A stretch of DNA of 64,000 nucleotides. Source: a virus. Lineage: Duplodnaviria > Heunggongvirae > Uroviricota > Caudoviricetes. The stretch spans positions 1 to 64,000 of IMG/VR virus record IMGVR_UViG_3300021963_000042; one strand, given 5' to 3'. Made by a program: the position numbers and the translations under genes. The notes under the pieces are model-generated. The model made no database searches and had not been told where the DNA came from. It saw only the letters and a program-made list of their open reading frames with translations. This document shows, piece after piece, positions 1 to 10,111 of the stretch (positions within the stretch are counted from its first letter, which is position 1; each line of letters starts with the position of its first letter).

Positions 1-174
1 CAGAGATAGCATAGAACTGGTTTTCGTTGGGATTTAACAACGCTGTGGCGTTGGCGTACCAATCAATAAGGAATTCCTGTCTGGCTTTCCTCTCGGAGCC
101 ATTCATCATTCCCCACTTCTTTTCATTTGGAGGTGGCTGTTCAGCCAACACTCCATCGATGTCATAGGATACAA

Positions 175-1182
175 TCATAAAATTAAGGGATCAACCTTTC
201 CAGTCTTCTCAACAACAGCCTTCTGAAATTTCCAAATCTTCTCACGCATCTCTACAGGTAAAGAGGCAAACTCATCCAGCTTTTCTTTTGTGTCTGCAGG
301 GAAAGCCCAACCCAAACCATCGTTACCTTTAGGTGCGCATACAGGAATACCAGCATAAAGAGCATGGTAAGCACGACCAGTTCTCCAGCCAGTCTTCTTA
401 TGTTTGTCATCATACACAGCCAGACAACCATGGAACTGCTGGTAGAATTTTCTACGATCTCTTTGTTGTGGATTTTCCAAAATCTCCAAAGCATCATAGT
501 CTGACCACTCAGCTTCTTTACCTGCGATTGCAAGACTTCGTGAAGAAGTAAACTCTTTGAAGTATTTGGTTCTGCCACTTGGACGACCAATGTAGATAAC
601 CTTAGGGATGCTACCAGCGTGAAACTCTGCGAACTCCATACCAGAAGCCATCGGCAAGTCGACTACAGTAACTCCGATAGGGCACTTCAAAACTTTATGA
701 ACCTCGTCACAGTTGGTTGCGTTTGCAGCAACAGTCCAACGTGACCAGTCTTCATCAGGCAGCAACTCCCACAGGAATGGAAGATCTGGATCATCGTTCA
801 AGAAGATGATGCGACCTTTGTGCGCTTTGATCATTTCAATAGTCTTGTCCCAATACTTCTGATAAAACTGTAGGTTAGTTCCACCGAACTCGAGCATAAG
901 CACATCACACTGCTGGTACGTATCAAAGGTTTCAAACCCATCGTCTTTAGTTGGGTCGGTTGCTTCTGATAGCGGAATGATTTGGTAACCAAAGTCAAGC
1001 ATGTTCTTGAACAGAGCAACACGTTTCTCAACCCATGCTCCACGAACACCATTCTCTTTATTGGTCAAACCGATCTTACCAGATACTCTGCGGTAACCAA
1101 CTTTACTTCCAGTGTTGGAAGAGTTCTTGGAATAAAACCACTCCAACATTCTTTCCTCACCTAAAAATTCATGTAAAGACAT
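175..1182 (-). CDS. DNA beta-glucosyltransferase-like glycosyltransferase (GT-B fold)
   Basis: 335 aa. By eye the C-terminal half aligns to T4 beta-gt (KVIYIGRPSGR vs DVIYGGSFRSGQR; ALYAGIPV vs AALIIGD). It sits at the T4 beta-gt/42 slot next to uvsX-41. Confidence 0.5.
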   Translation of the reverse strand: MSLHEFLGEERMLEWFYSKNSSNTGSKVGYRRVSGKIGLTNKENGVRGAWVEKRVALFKNMLDFGYQIIPLSEATDPTKDDGFETFDTYQQCDVLMLEFGGTNLQFYQKYWDKTIEMIKAHKGRIIFLNDDPDLPFLWELLPDEDWSRWTVAANATNCDEVHKVLKCPIGVTVVDLPMASGMEFAEFHAGSIPKVIYIGRPSGRTKYFKEFTSSRSLAIAGKEAEWSDYDALEILENPQQRDRRKFYQQFHGCLAVYDDKHKKTGWRTGRAYHALYAGIPVCAPKGNDGLGWAFPADTKEKLDEFASLPVEMREKIWKFQKAVVEKTGKVDPLIL

Positions 1183-1775
1183 TATAACTCCAAATTAGTC
1201 AACTTATTAACATCGCCAAGCGATCCACGATAAAACGAATTAAACGCCAAAGAAACTCTGGCTTCATTATTCTTATTGGTATTGACTCCGTGCAACATAT
1301 GTGATGGGAACAATACAATCATATTTTGTTTAACATTGATAGGCATGTGGTCAAGATTAAACTTAGTCTGCTTAGTTATCTTGGGTTTGATACCGTAAGA
1401 TTTATCCTTAAAGAAAATTATCTGACTCGGATCTTTACTAATATAAACTACTCCGCTGATGATACTATTGTCATGGCAGTGTGTATGATGTGATGTATTT
1501 TTATCGTTAAAGTTTATCCAAGACTGAGTAACCTCAAGAGTAACACCTTCTGCTCCAATGATATTGATTAGATATTCTTGGAGGTGTTTATTAACCTGCG
1601 CCTTCAAAGATGACAATTCAGGTTTATCCAAAACAAAATTATCATTAGATGTTGCATTACCATACACATTCGGGTAGGTTTCAGTTTTAATGCTCTGTAT
1701 ATAAGCAAGCTCGTGAAACTGAAACTCTACCGTTGATTGGTAAAGTGGCGTTGGAAATAAACCGAAGACGTTCAC
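1182..1775 (-). CDS. 2OG-Fe(II) oxygenase (TIGR02466/PF13759-like)
   Basis: 197 aa. HTHCHD...SGVVYI...HMLHGV...RVSLAFN, i.e. HxD/H/RxS double-stranded beta-helix motifs. Paralogue of 7033-7653, 20188-20859 and 57505-58155. Confidence 0.6.
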   Translation of the reverse strand: MNVFGLFPTPLYQSTVEFQFHELAYIQSIKTETYPNVYGNATSNDNFVLDKPELSSLKAQVNKHLQEYLINIIGAEGVTLEVTQSWINFNDKNTSHHTHCHDNSIISGVVYISKDPSQIIFFKDKSYGIKPKITKQTKFNLDHMPINVKQNMIVLFPSHMLHGVNTNKNNEARVSLAFNSFYRGSLGDVNKLTNLEL

Positions 1776-3070
1776 CCGAAGAAATCCTCAAGTGATGTTG
1801 ATTCTGCCTCAGGATGATATTTCAACAATTCACCACGACCAAGTTTTTGTTCGCAATAGTCATACCACTCTTGAGATTCCCACATTCCCTGAGAAACACC
1901 ATTCCACAGTGGACGTTGCTCTGGGTGTTCTTTATTCAGTCTACGAGACTCAACAAAGTCATAACGACAATCTTCATACTCTTTAGAACCCAACTCAAGC
2001 ATCTTCTCACGGAAGTATACCACCAAAGAAATACGCTCAGAACCTTCTTCGCAAACGATAGGAGTGTTACCGTGCATAACTTCGTGGTTGTTAATCAACA
2101 GCAAGTCACCTGGACGTGGGTTAACAGCAACACGATACTCAGGTGCAATCAAATAACCACCACTGTACTTGCCATCATTAGACAGAGTTAGAAGGTTAGA
2201 CAGACCATCATTCAAATCGCCAACGTCATAGTGAGCAGCAGTGCGGAATGTTTTGTTTACAGTAACCGTAGTGAATGGTGTCCCAGGAACCAAGAATCGT
2301 GCATCGATTTTACCAGCAGCTTCCATCTGAGCAGCATAACGCTTAGGTAAGAACTCTTTAAAACCACCAGCCAAAGATTGCAGGAACGGATATGCCATGG
2401 CAAACTTCTCAGGATACTTCGCAGTATAAGAAGTGGCACGACCATAAGGGATGCGAGGATAACGATCAAACCAACCAGCAATACCTGAATGAACAGAGTT
2501 TGCATATGTGGTCAAGCAGATTAAATCTTCAGCAACGTGAACTGCCTCTTGTTTAGCTTGGTCAGCTGGCAACTTACGTGCACGTTCAACCCACTCATCA
2601 AACTTGAAGTTCTCTTTCTTTACACGATCGATAGACCAAACACGTGCACGATTAGAGATCTCTGGTTTCTTACCAGCATACTTCTTGCGAATCTCATCAA
2701 TAGGATCTTCACCGAAAAGGTTTTCAGTTGGCTTCAAGAAGTAGTCAACGATATCATATTCATACTCGGTAACCCATTCACGATTACCCAGCTTCTCACC
2801 ACGTGGTCCTGCAGCAAGTCCACGATTCTGTGTTTCGGTTGCTGCTTCACGAAGACCTGCGTAGGCTTGTTCTTGTTGCTCTTTGCTAAAGTAGTTCTTA
2901 CGAAACTTCAGAACGATCCTATCTTCGCTGATTGGATCTTCGCCAAACTTCGGTGGCATATAAACATCACAATCTTCTTCAATAAGAAAGTCATAGTGAC
3001 TCTCATCAACGAACTGACCCAACAGATGTTGACAGTCATGTTTTCTATCAGCTACAATTACCTTTACCAT
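1772..3070 (-). CDS. 2OG-Fe(II) dioxygenase-domain protein with clamp-binding-like C-terminal tail
   Basis: 432 aa. C-terminal domain has AAHYDVGD (HxD), HEVMHGN (H) and ERISLVVYF (RxS). The last 7 aa SLEDFFG are identical to the gp43 C-terminus. The N-terminal ~260 aa are unassigned. Confidence 0.5.
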   Translation of the reverse strand: MVKVIVADRKHDCQHLLGQFVDESHYDFLIEEDCDVYMPPKFGEDPISEDRIVLKFRKNYFSKEQQEQAYAGLREAATETQNRGLAAGPRGEKLGNREWVTEYEYDIVDYFLKPTENLFGEDPIDEIRKKYAGKKPEISNRARVWSIDRVKKENFKFDEWVERARKLPADQAKQEAVHVAEDLICLTTYANSVHSGIAGWFDRYPRIPYGRATSYTAKYPEKFAMAYPFLQSLAGGFKEFLPKRYAAQMEAAGKIDARFLVPGTPFTTVTVNKTFRTAAHYDVGDLNDGLSNLLTLSNDGKYSGGYLIAPEYRVAVNPRPGDLLLINNHEVMHGNTPIVCEEGSERISLVVYFREKMLELGSKEYEDCRYDFVESRRLNKEHPEQRPLWNGVSQGMWESQEWYDYCEQKLGRGELLKYHPEAESTSLEDFFG

Positions 3071-3079
3071 ACATTTCTC

Positions 3080-4477
3080 CTAAAATTTGAAACCGCTAAA
3101 ACCTTCATCACTATGTATGCGTTTTCCAAAATCACTTTTATCAAACATCGGTCCTTCGTCTTTACTTCCAGAGTCAGCAAGAGTTTGGGCAGATGCTTCA
3201 ACATCATATAGTTTCATTTTAGCTCTGTCAACACCAATAACAAATCGCTTATAATAATTGGGATCATTATAACGATTCTTCAACTGCTTCACGATAATCT
3301 GATTCAGCTGTTCAAGTTCTTCGTTACTCACCAACGCAAACATAAAGTCTGCAGTCGCTGGTAAACCAAAAGATTCAGAAGTATCTTCCAGACCTGGATC
3401 TGAGTTTGTATAACCAGATCGGGTAGTTTGAGTTGCCGACATAATTGGAACATTACACTCAACAGCCAAACCACGAAGTTCTTCAGCGATTGCCTTAATA
3501 TATGTATAAGAGTTTACGCCATGCGTTTGTTTCATTCGAGAAGAAGCACAGATGTTCAGATAGTCAATAAAGATAATATCAGGAACGAACTCTCGCTTCA
3601 TCTTCAACTCTTCCAGCAGGGCACGGAAGTGACCAGCATGAGCAGACGCAGTTGGGTACTCTTTAACAATCAACTTACCTTGTGTCTTCTTAGCAATCTT
3701 TTCAAGACGAGAATCAAAGATGTCACGATCGACAACTTTCAATTCATCCATAGTCAAGTTAAGAAGGTTGGCGTCAATACGTTCAGCGATACGTTCTTCA
3801 GCCATCTCCATGGTGATGTAAAGAACATTCTTACCTTGCATCAGAACAGAAGCACCAACGTGACACATAAACAAAGACTTACCAACACCAGTACCAGCCA
3901 AAGCGATGTTCAAAGTTTTCTTTGATAGTCCACCTTTGGTAATTTTGTTGAACATATCAAGGTCGAAGCTGATCTTTTCTTCGACTCGATGATAAAATTC
4001 ATAACGAGACTCAGCATCCTCGAGATAATCATGGCCAACATGATTATCGAAAGAGACGGCAAGAGCGTCACTAAGGATGCTAGGAATTGCATCTTGCGTT
4101 CTGACTTTATCTCTACCGTCAATGATTTGGATCGAATGTAGAATCGCATTATAAACTGCCTTGTCTTTACAAAACTTTTCAGTGTTCTGAACTAACCACT
4201 CTTCATTACTTTCCTGATTAGTGAGTTGCTTAGCAAACTCTTGCATCTCGGGAACTTCTTTATCGGTAAACCCTTTTAGGTTTCCAATTTCAATCTGAAC
4301 AATCTCAGGACTAGCTGGTTTGTTGTATTGCTCGAAGAACTTAATTAACAAAGAGGCAATTGCTGCCTCTTTGCGATCTGTGAAGTATTCAGTCTTAAGG
4401 TGTGGTACAACCTTGCGACAATATTCTTCATTGTGGATCAGGTTCGATAGGATCGCCTGTTCTATTCTCATCAACAC
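3080..4477 (-). CDS. 41: replicative DNA helicase gp41 (DnaB-like)
   Basis: 465 aa. Walker A motif ALAGTGVGKS and a RecA-like core (IIFIDYL). Synteny uvsX-40-41. Confidence 0.85.
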   Translation of the reverse strand: MLMRIEQAILSNLIHNEEYCRKVVPHLKTEYFTDRKEAAIASLLIKFFEQYNKPASPEIVQIEIGNLKGFTDKEVPEMQEFAKQLTNQESNEEWLVQNTEKFCKDKAVYNAILHSIQIIDGRDKVRTQDAIPSILSDALAVSFDNHVGHDYLEDAESRYEFYHRVEEKISFDLDMFNKITKGGLSKKTLNIALAGTGVGKSLFMCHVGASVLMQGKNVLYITMEMAEERIAERIDANLLNLTMDELKVVDRDIFDSRLEKIAKKTQGKLIVKEYPTASAHAGHFRALLEELKMKREFVPDIIFIDYLNICASSRMKQTHGVNSYTYIKAIAEELRGLAVECNVPIMSATQTTRSGYTNSDPGLEDTSESFGLPATADFMFALVSNEELEQLNQIIVKQLKNRYNDPNYYKRFVIGVDRAKMKLYDVEASAQTLADSGSKDEGPMFDKSDFGKRIHSDEGFSGFKF

Positions 4478-4754
4478 CGCCTGTATATGTTAAACTATTT
4501 TTCTCAATACCTTCATGGATCAATTCAGTAAGAATGTCACCAATATAATTTTCAAAGGGTTTAACATCAGTTAAAACCTTATCGTTGTAGTCAAGGATTT
4601 CATACTCGAAGTGAATACCCAATTTATCATTGGCTTCATCTTCACTGAAAGAAACCTTTCCGTACACATAAATTATACCCGCAAATGGTTCTTCTGTCAA
4701 CTTTATCGCATCGAAGAAACCATTGCGGTGTTCAACAACTACGTAGGGTTTCAT
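4428..4754 (-). CDS. hypothetical protein (gene-40 position)
   Basis: 108-aa ORF between uvsX and 41. No recognisable motifs. Confidence 0.3.
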   Translation of the reverse strand: MKPYVVVEHRNGFFDAIKLTEEPFAGIIYVYGKVSFSEDEANDKLGIHFEYEILDYNDKVLTDVKPFENYIGDILTELIHEGIEKNSLTYTGGVDENRTGDPIEPDPQ

Positions 4755-5818
4755 TCGTAGTCAACTTCTGCAAGTTCTGCACTGATATCTTCATCACTCA
4801 AGATAGAATCAGTAGAAACCATATACTTGTTCTTGATGAAATCGTAGAAAGACTTTTGCGTCAACAAAGGCATCCAGAAATCTTTGCTATCTGTATCTTT
4901 GATACGCCACTTCTTTTCTTCCACAACACCAGTCTCAAGATCTACTTTCGAATACCAACCATTGCTAGGCTTGATAACATGTCCTGATTCGAGTGCAATA
5001 TCAAGTAGACCGCTCCACTTGCTGATACCACCATTAAAAGAAACAGCGACAGGGATTTTAGATTTTTCTTTAACATATCTTGATTTTTCTACGTTGATAA
5101 TGAAGTTATAACCGACTACTTCAGTACCTTCTTTTTCTTGTTGACGACCCAAGATAAAAATATTGTCAGCTGAGTAATAAGAGCCAGTACCACCACCAAC
5201 GATGTCTTTAGGATACAAACCAATTTCTTTGTAGGTGTGGTTAACAACTACCATTGGGATATCCTTCAGAGTCAGGTGAGGTGTGACCATACGGAATAGG
5301 GATTTCATCTGTTTAGCACGAGACATATCGGCAACAGATTTACCATCAAGTGCATCCTCAACTTCTTTCTTAGAAGCAAGGTTACCGATGGAGTCAATAA
5401 CAATCATCACTCGCTCGCCACGTTCAATGTTCTGCAGCTGTTGCATAATATCAAACTTGAGTTGTTCAACGTCTGTGATTGGAGTGTGAAGAACACGATC
5501 CGTATCAATACCGAAGCTATCGAAGTAACTCTGTGGCGTACCAAACTCAGAGTCATAAAATAGCAGAGCAGCATCTGGATACTTGTCCAGATAAGACTTT
5601 GCCATCAGCAAACTGAAAGCAGTCTTAAAGTGCTTTGATGGACCAGCCCACATTGTGAGTCCAGGAACCAAACCACCATCCAAGCGACCACTCAATGCTA
5701 CGTTGATGATAGGGATGCTAGTTGGAATCATATCCTTCTTAGCGAAGAACTTTGACTGCGCAAGAATAGCGGAATCTTTGATCGTGCTATTCTTTTTAAT
5801 TTTATCAAGAATACTCAT
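4751..5818 (-). CDS. uvsX: UvsX RecA-like recombinase
   Basis: 355 aa. GLTMWAGPSKHFKT Walker A motif on a RecA fold. T4-like position. Confidence 0.85.
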   Translation of the reverse strand: MSILDKIKKNSTIKDSAILAQSKFFAKKDMIPTSIPIINVALSGRLDGGLVPGLTMWAGPSKHFKTAFSLLMAKSYLDKYPDAALLFYDSEFGTPQSYFDSFGIDTDRVLHTPITDVEQLKFDIMQQLQNIERGERVMIVIDSIGNLASKKEVEDALDGKSVADMSRAKQMKSLFRMVTPHLTLKDIPMVVVNHTYKEIGLYPKDIVGGGTGSYYSADNIFILGRQQEKEGTEVVGYNFIINVEKSRYVKEKSKIPVAVSFNGGISKWSGLLDIALESGHVIKPSNGWYSKVDLETGVVEEKKWRIKDTDSKDFWMPLLTQKSFYDFIKNKYMVSTDSILSDEDISAELAEVDYE

Positions 5819-5826
5819 AATGTTCC

Positions 5827-6183
5827 TTAAATAGATTTATATAATGCAGATTGTGCAACAAAGTTTTGTTTCCAACCCCACTCGTCAAGAACCAACTGGT
5901 TGAAAATATGTTCTTCGATATCGATGACATCTTCAACAGACAACTCAAGCATACGGATCGCACGATTGTAGTTGTCCTCATATGACTGCGGTGCTTGAGG
6001 CATAGCACGGAACTTAAACAGATTGAGGTCTGCGCTCTTTGCTTTCTTAAGATTCTCTTGTGCGACTTTTAACACAGCACCTTTGTAGTCTTCAACAGAC
6101 TCATTATAATCAATCACATGCTTCTTAGCATTTTCTTTAACAATCTTAAGAAGCTCTTTACGATTCATTTTTACACTGTTCAT
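5827..6183 (-). CDS. hypothetical protein
   Basis: Track ORF 5827-6228 was trimmed to the ATG at 6183, which has an AAGGAA SD and avoids overlap with the thioredoxin gene. Confidence 0.35.
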   Translation of the reverse strand: MNSVKMNRKELLKIVKENAKKHVIDYNESVEDYKGAVLKVAQENLKKAKSADLNLFKFRAMPQAPQSYEDNYNRAIRMLELSVEDVIDIEEHIFNQLVLDEWGWKQNFVAQSALYKSI

Positions 6184-6208
6184 AACATTCCTTTTCAAAT
6201 CAAGCATT

Positions 6209-6460
6209 TCAAACATCCAAAAATTCAAGTAGTTGGGCTTCGTTCATCATACCAACCTTACGATTCTTTTCCGTATTATTTTCGTCAAGAAGAATCATGG
6301 TTGGGACGCCACGAACTCCATATTCCATAGCAACATTGCTATACTGGTCAATATCAATTTCCTCGATAGGAACTGTAATTTTGTCTGATGCGCCTTCAAT
6401 AACTTTAGAAAGCATTTTGCATGGACCACACCAGCTTGCAGAAAACTTTAGAACTTTCAT
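6209..6460 (-). CDS. thioredoxin
   Basis: 83 aa with a WCGPC active site. Confidence 0.75.
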   Translation of the reverse strand: MKVLKFSASWCGPCKMLSKVIEGASDKITVPIEEIDIDQYSNVAMEYGVRGVPTMILLDENNTEKNRKVGMMNEAQLLEFLDV

Positions 6461-6472
6461 TTTATACTCCTA

Positions 6473-7036
6473 TTATACACTATTTTGATTTATCTGTAAA
6501 TTTTTTGTTGGAACATCAAACACAAAAGTAATGCGAACGCAATCACCAATGTTGTCAGTTCCATGTTCAAGTTTATTGTTAAACCAGAGTAACGTCCCTG
6601 GCTCAACATCATAATGTTCATCGCCTACATAATATCTATACCTTCCCTGTATAGACAGATGATAACGATCTCTTGTTTGATAGTAGTCGCCAATATCAAT
6701 GTGTTTGCCAACCTTTCCACCAACAGGAAGTGACAAGAAACCGCAACGAGAAAACTTGCCAAAGTTTCTCTTCATAAACCCAATAACTTCTGTGTGATGT
6801 TTGCAAGCTGGAGTTGGAATGCAAATCTCTGTGTCTCCGACGTATTGATCAAGCGATTCTACGCCACCCATAACAAGTTGTAGAACACCTGCTTCTACTT
6901 CTGGGAAACCACGATCTAACATAGACATCGCACCATCAACCTGTCTCTGTGAACCCCAATCTTCTGGATGTGCTTGTAACTGTTTCAGTATCTTAGAAAC
7001 ATTCAATCCAGTTTTGATGATGCGTATATTCTTCAT
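6473..7036 (-). CDS. cupin / 2OG-Fe(II) oxygenase-like (Asp/Asn beta-hydroxylase-like)
   Basis: 187 aa. GKHIDIGDY (HxD), LEHGTDN (H) and RITFVFDV (R). Confidence 0.45.
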   Translation of the reverse strand: MKNIRIIKTGLNVSKILKQLQAHPEDWGSQRQVDGAMSMLDRGFPEVEAGVLQLVMGGVESLDQYVGDTEICIPTPACKHHTEVIGFMKRNFGKFSRCGFLSLPVGGKVGKHIDIGDYYQTRDRYHLSIQGRYRYYVGDEHYDVEPGTLLWFNNKLEHGTDNIGDCVRITFVFDVPTKNLQINQNSV

Positions 7037-7653
7037 TTAATGTTTACTATTGACATGTCGTTACCAAGTTCACCACGAAGGAACACATTGAAAGACAGCG
7101 AGTATCTGGTTTTATCTGATGTATTCGGTTCGACTTTATGTAGAATATGTGATGGGAAGATCAAAATATCATTATCATATGGGTAGTGTGCCCACGATGG
7201 CGAGTTAAACAAATTTAGGTTTGAATATTCTACACGGATAGCTGGTGGAAAGATATTTGATGGCGAACCAATATCAAACACAATCTCTCCTGTTGTTTCG
7301 TCTGTTTGAATATAAACGACGCCAGACAAAAGAGAATTGTCATGTCTATGTAGTTGAGCAGCATCACCCTTCTCATGTTTCACAACCCAAGAGTTAGTTA
7401 TGTAAAACTCAATGTGAGGTGCTACAGACAACCCATTATAAACATAACGATCGAGGGCAGACTTGATCTTCTGTTTTAAAGAAGCAAAGTCTTCTCTGTC
7501 CAATACAAACTTATCAGCAGAGTACTTCCCATCATATATCAAGGAAGTTACTCTACTCAACTCATCTGATGTGATGGGTTCAATCTTTGATTGATAGATT
7601 GGTGTAGAAAATAATGGGACGATGTTATCCAAAGAAGTCCTCCAGAGATGCAT
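7033..7653 (-). CDS. 2OG-Fe(II) oxygenase (TIGR02466-like paralogue)
   Basis: HRHDNS...SGVVYI...HILHKV...RYSLSFNV. Track ORF extends to 7731. Internal Met start chosen to match the paralogue N-terminus (LFSTPIYQS). Overlaps the 3' end of gene 43. Confidence 0.55.
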   Translation of the reverse strand: MHLWRTSLDNIVPLFSTPIYQSKIEPITSDELSRVTSLIYDGKYSADKFVLDREDFASLKQKIKSALDRYVYNGLSVAPHIEFYITNSWVVKHEKGDAAQLHRHDNSLLSGVVYIQTDETTGEIVFDIGSPSNIFPPAIRVEYSNLNLFNSPSWAHYPYDNDILIFPSHILHKVEPNTSDKTRYSLSFNVFLRGELGNDMSIVNIK

Positions 7654-10111
7654 GTTCTTCCACCTTCCAGCCCAGTGGTTGAATAACAGTTTGAAGCGCA
7701 TCAAGGAAAGTCTTTTCAAACTGCAACTCATAATCTATGTATTCTTCCAAACCAAACTCTTTCGGTAGCACTTGCGGGAATGCAATCACATCTTCATTGA
7801 ATGGGTTTGGCTTCTTCACATACACAAACTTAATCTTCTCACCCTCTTTAATCAGCTGATACTTCTTGTCAAGACCAAGACGTTTAACGTGGTGATTGAA
7901 CAACAAAGAACCACGAACGTGGATAGGTGTACCCTTACCATAGATTGGGGAACCAGCATACTGGCGTAAACCATTTACACCACGAGGGAATGCTATTTCT
8001 TGGACAGGTAACGAGTTGAATTCTGCACGAAACTTTTCAATGAAGGAATGTAGTTTCGCTTGATCTCCCTCGAGAATAACTTCGATCGAACTCTTAAGTT
8101 TGTCACGAATAACAGCAGGTGTACTCGACTTGACCATCTCCAAGCCCATAACTTTGAGTTTAGGTTTCGCATACTGCACTCCCTCAGAATTGTGCACGTT
8201 CAGAATATATCGTTTCTTGGCAGTCCAGATACCCTTGTCAGCCAGAACCTCTCGCTTCATCTGCATCTTCTGAGAATATGCATTCATGTAGTCAGCAAGT
8301 TCTTGATAGCCTTTGTCGATGAAAGGTTGGATAACATCCTCGCAGATTTTATCCATGGTCTTGATCTTCTGTTCAGTAGTCTTACCTTCACAGATCTTCT
8401 CAATCAAAGTTTCAAGAGTCAGATAAATTGAGTCGGTATCGATGGCGATAACGAAGTCTTTACCTTCTGTCTTCAGAGTTTTGTTGAGGAATGCATTCAG
8501 CTTGTTAGCCATCCAACGAATAGACAACTGACCAGAAGTGGTAATACCTTCAGCCATACGGATATCGAAGTAACGGAAGTACTGGTTACCCATCGCACCA
8601 TAAGCAGAGTTTAGCGCAATCTTCATAGCCATCTGCAGGTTGTTCAATCGGCTAATCTCCTTCAGCAAGTGCTTCTGAGACTTGTCGTTCTGATATTCCT
8701 GCTCGACTTTCAACATCTGCTTCTTGAATTTGCTTCGGTCGACATACATCTTTTCCATCAACTCAGGCATAAACCCTTTGATGTCTTTGCGATATGTCCA
8801 ACCATTCGCAGTAACAGTCAAGTCCCTGCGCTTAGCATATGATGTGTCAACTTCTTGGTTCAACAACTTATCGACAGTACAAGAAATCTTTTCGCTGTTC
8901 AAAGTCTCTGGAGAAATGTTATACTGCATAATCAAGTGAGGATACAGACTGTTCAAGTCGAAGGAAGCAACCCACTTGTGTTGACCAATGATCGGGTCTT
9001 TAACAAACGCACCTTCAAATTGTTCGTTCTTGCTGGAGCCACTCTTCATAGGAATAACGATGTTCTTCTTACGCAGGTGGTTATAGATGATAGCATCCCA
9101 CATGCGAACCTGAGAGAACACGTCTTCGTAGTTAATCTTGGCGTTATATGCCATGGTCAGACACAACTCAATCAGTCGCATCTTGTCTTCCAGTTTGTCA
9201 ACCAACTCTACGTCGTGAATGTTATATTCAACGAACTGTTGCCAGTGGTTGGTATAGAAGTCTTTGAAGGTATCTCCAGGATTTTCTTTCTTCGCATCAC
9301 CTAGTTCTTCGCCAGCGATGTAATCGAGACGATATGATTCTTGCTTGGTATAAGTGAACTTCTTATACAAGTCAAGATAGTCTAGTTGTGAGATACCGTG
9401 AATGTCGAAAGAGATTTCTTCATTACCTTGAATGAAGATCTTGCGTTCGTTGATATAACCCCATGGCGAAAGTTTCGTAGCGATGGTTTCACCCAACTCT
9501 CGTTGAATGCGTTTCACCAAATATGGGATATCGAAGAAGCCAATGTTCCAACCTGTGACAACATCTGGATAGTTCTGCGACCACCAGATAATAAACTCTT
9601 TCAGAAGATGTTGTTCGTCTTTACAGTGCATGTAAATGACATCATCACGATTGTGAACAAACGCACGTGAACCGAAAGTGATTACACGTTTAGATTGAAG
9701 ATCTTTAACAGTGATTAGGAGAACCTCTTCGTTCGCCGAACGGATGTCAGGGAAACCAGATTCAGTTGCAGTCTCAATGTCGATGGTGAAGACTTTAATA
9801 TGTTCCATATCCCAGCGAATGTCACTCTCATAAGTGTCGCTAAGATATTGGCAGATATAATTGGTGTTACCGTAGATGTTGAAACCAGACACGTTCTCGT
9901 ATTGCTTAACGAACTCACGTGTCTCTTTAACAGTTCCAGGCTTGACTTCATCAACGCACTGACCATCGAGTGTGCGCCAATTACTTTCCTTCTTAGAGGA
10001 ACAGTAAAGGGTTGGGAAGAAATCTATTTTACGATTGAAGGGTCGTCCATTATCATACCCTCGGACAAACATTTTGTTACCAAAGGGAAAGACGTGGGTG
10101 TAAAATTGCAT
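7625..10111 (-). CDS. 43: DNA polymerase gp43 (family B)
   Basis: 828 aa. Exo motifs, motif A DLNSLYPH and motif C AIDTDS. C-terminus ends SLEDFFG. Confidence 0.9.
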   Translation of the reverse strand: MQFYTHVFPFGNKMFVRGYDNGRPFNRKIDFFPTLYCSSKKESNWRTLDGQCVDEVKPGTVKETREFVKQYENVSGFNIYGNTNYICQYLSDTYESDIRWDMEHIKVFTIDIETATESGFPDIRSANEEVLLITVKDLQSKRVITFGSRAFVHNRDDVIYMHCKDEQHLLKEFIIWWSQNYPDVVTGWNIGFFDIPYLVKRIQRELGETIATKLSPWGYINERKIFIQGNEEISFDIHGISQLDYLDLYKKFTYTKQESYRLDYIAGEELGDAKKENPGDTFKDFYTNHWQQFVEYNIHDVELVDKLEDKMRLIELCLTMAYNAKINYEDVFSQVRMWDAIIYNHLRKKNIVIPMKSGSSKNEQFEGAFVKDPIIGQHKWVASFDLNSLYPHLIMQYNISPETLNSEKISCTVDKLLNQEVDTSYAKRRDLTVTANGWTYRKDIKGFMPELMEKMYVDRSKFKKQMLKVEQEYQNDKSQKHLLKEISRLNNLQMAMKIALNSAYGAMGNQYFRYFDIRMAEGITTSGQLSIRWMANKLNAFLNKTLKTEGKDFVIAIDTDSIYLTLETLIEKICEGKTTEQKIKTMDKICEDVIQPFIDKGYQELADYMNAYSQKMQMKREVLADKGIWTAKKRYILNVHNSEGVQYAKPKLKVMGLEMVKSSTPAVIRDKLKSSIEVILEGDQAKLHSFIEKFRAEFNSLPVQEIAFPRGVNGLRQYAGSPIYGKGTPIHVRGSLLFNHHVKRLGLDKKYQLIKEGEKIKFVYVKKPNPFNEDVIAFPQVLPKEFGLEEYIDYELQFEKTFLDALQTVIQPLGWKVEEHASLEDFFG

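Noticed and set aside
2537-3211. 224-aa plus-strand ORF
   Set aside because: It lies antisense within the dioxygenase gene and the gene 41 start. The sequence is hydrophobic and low-complexity and has no RBS. The whole region is otherwise minus-strand coding.
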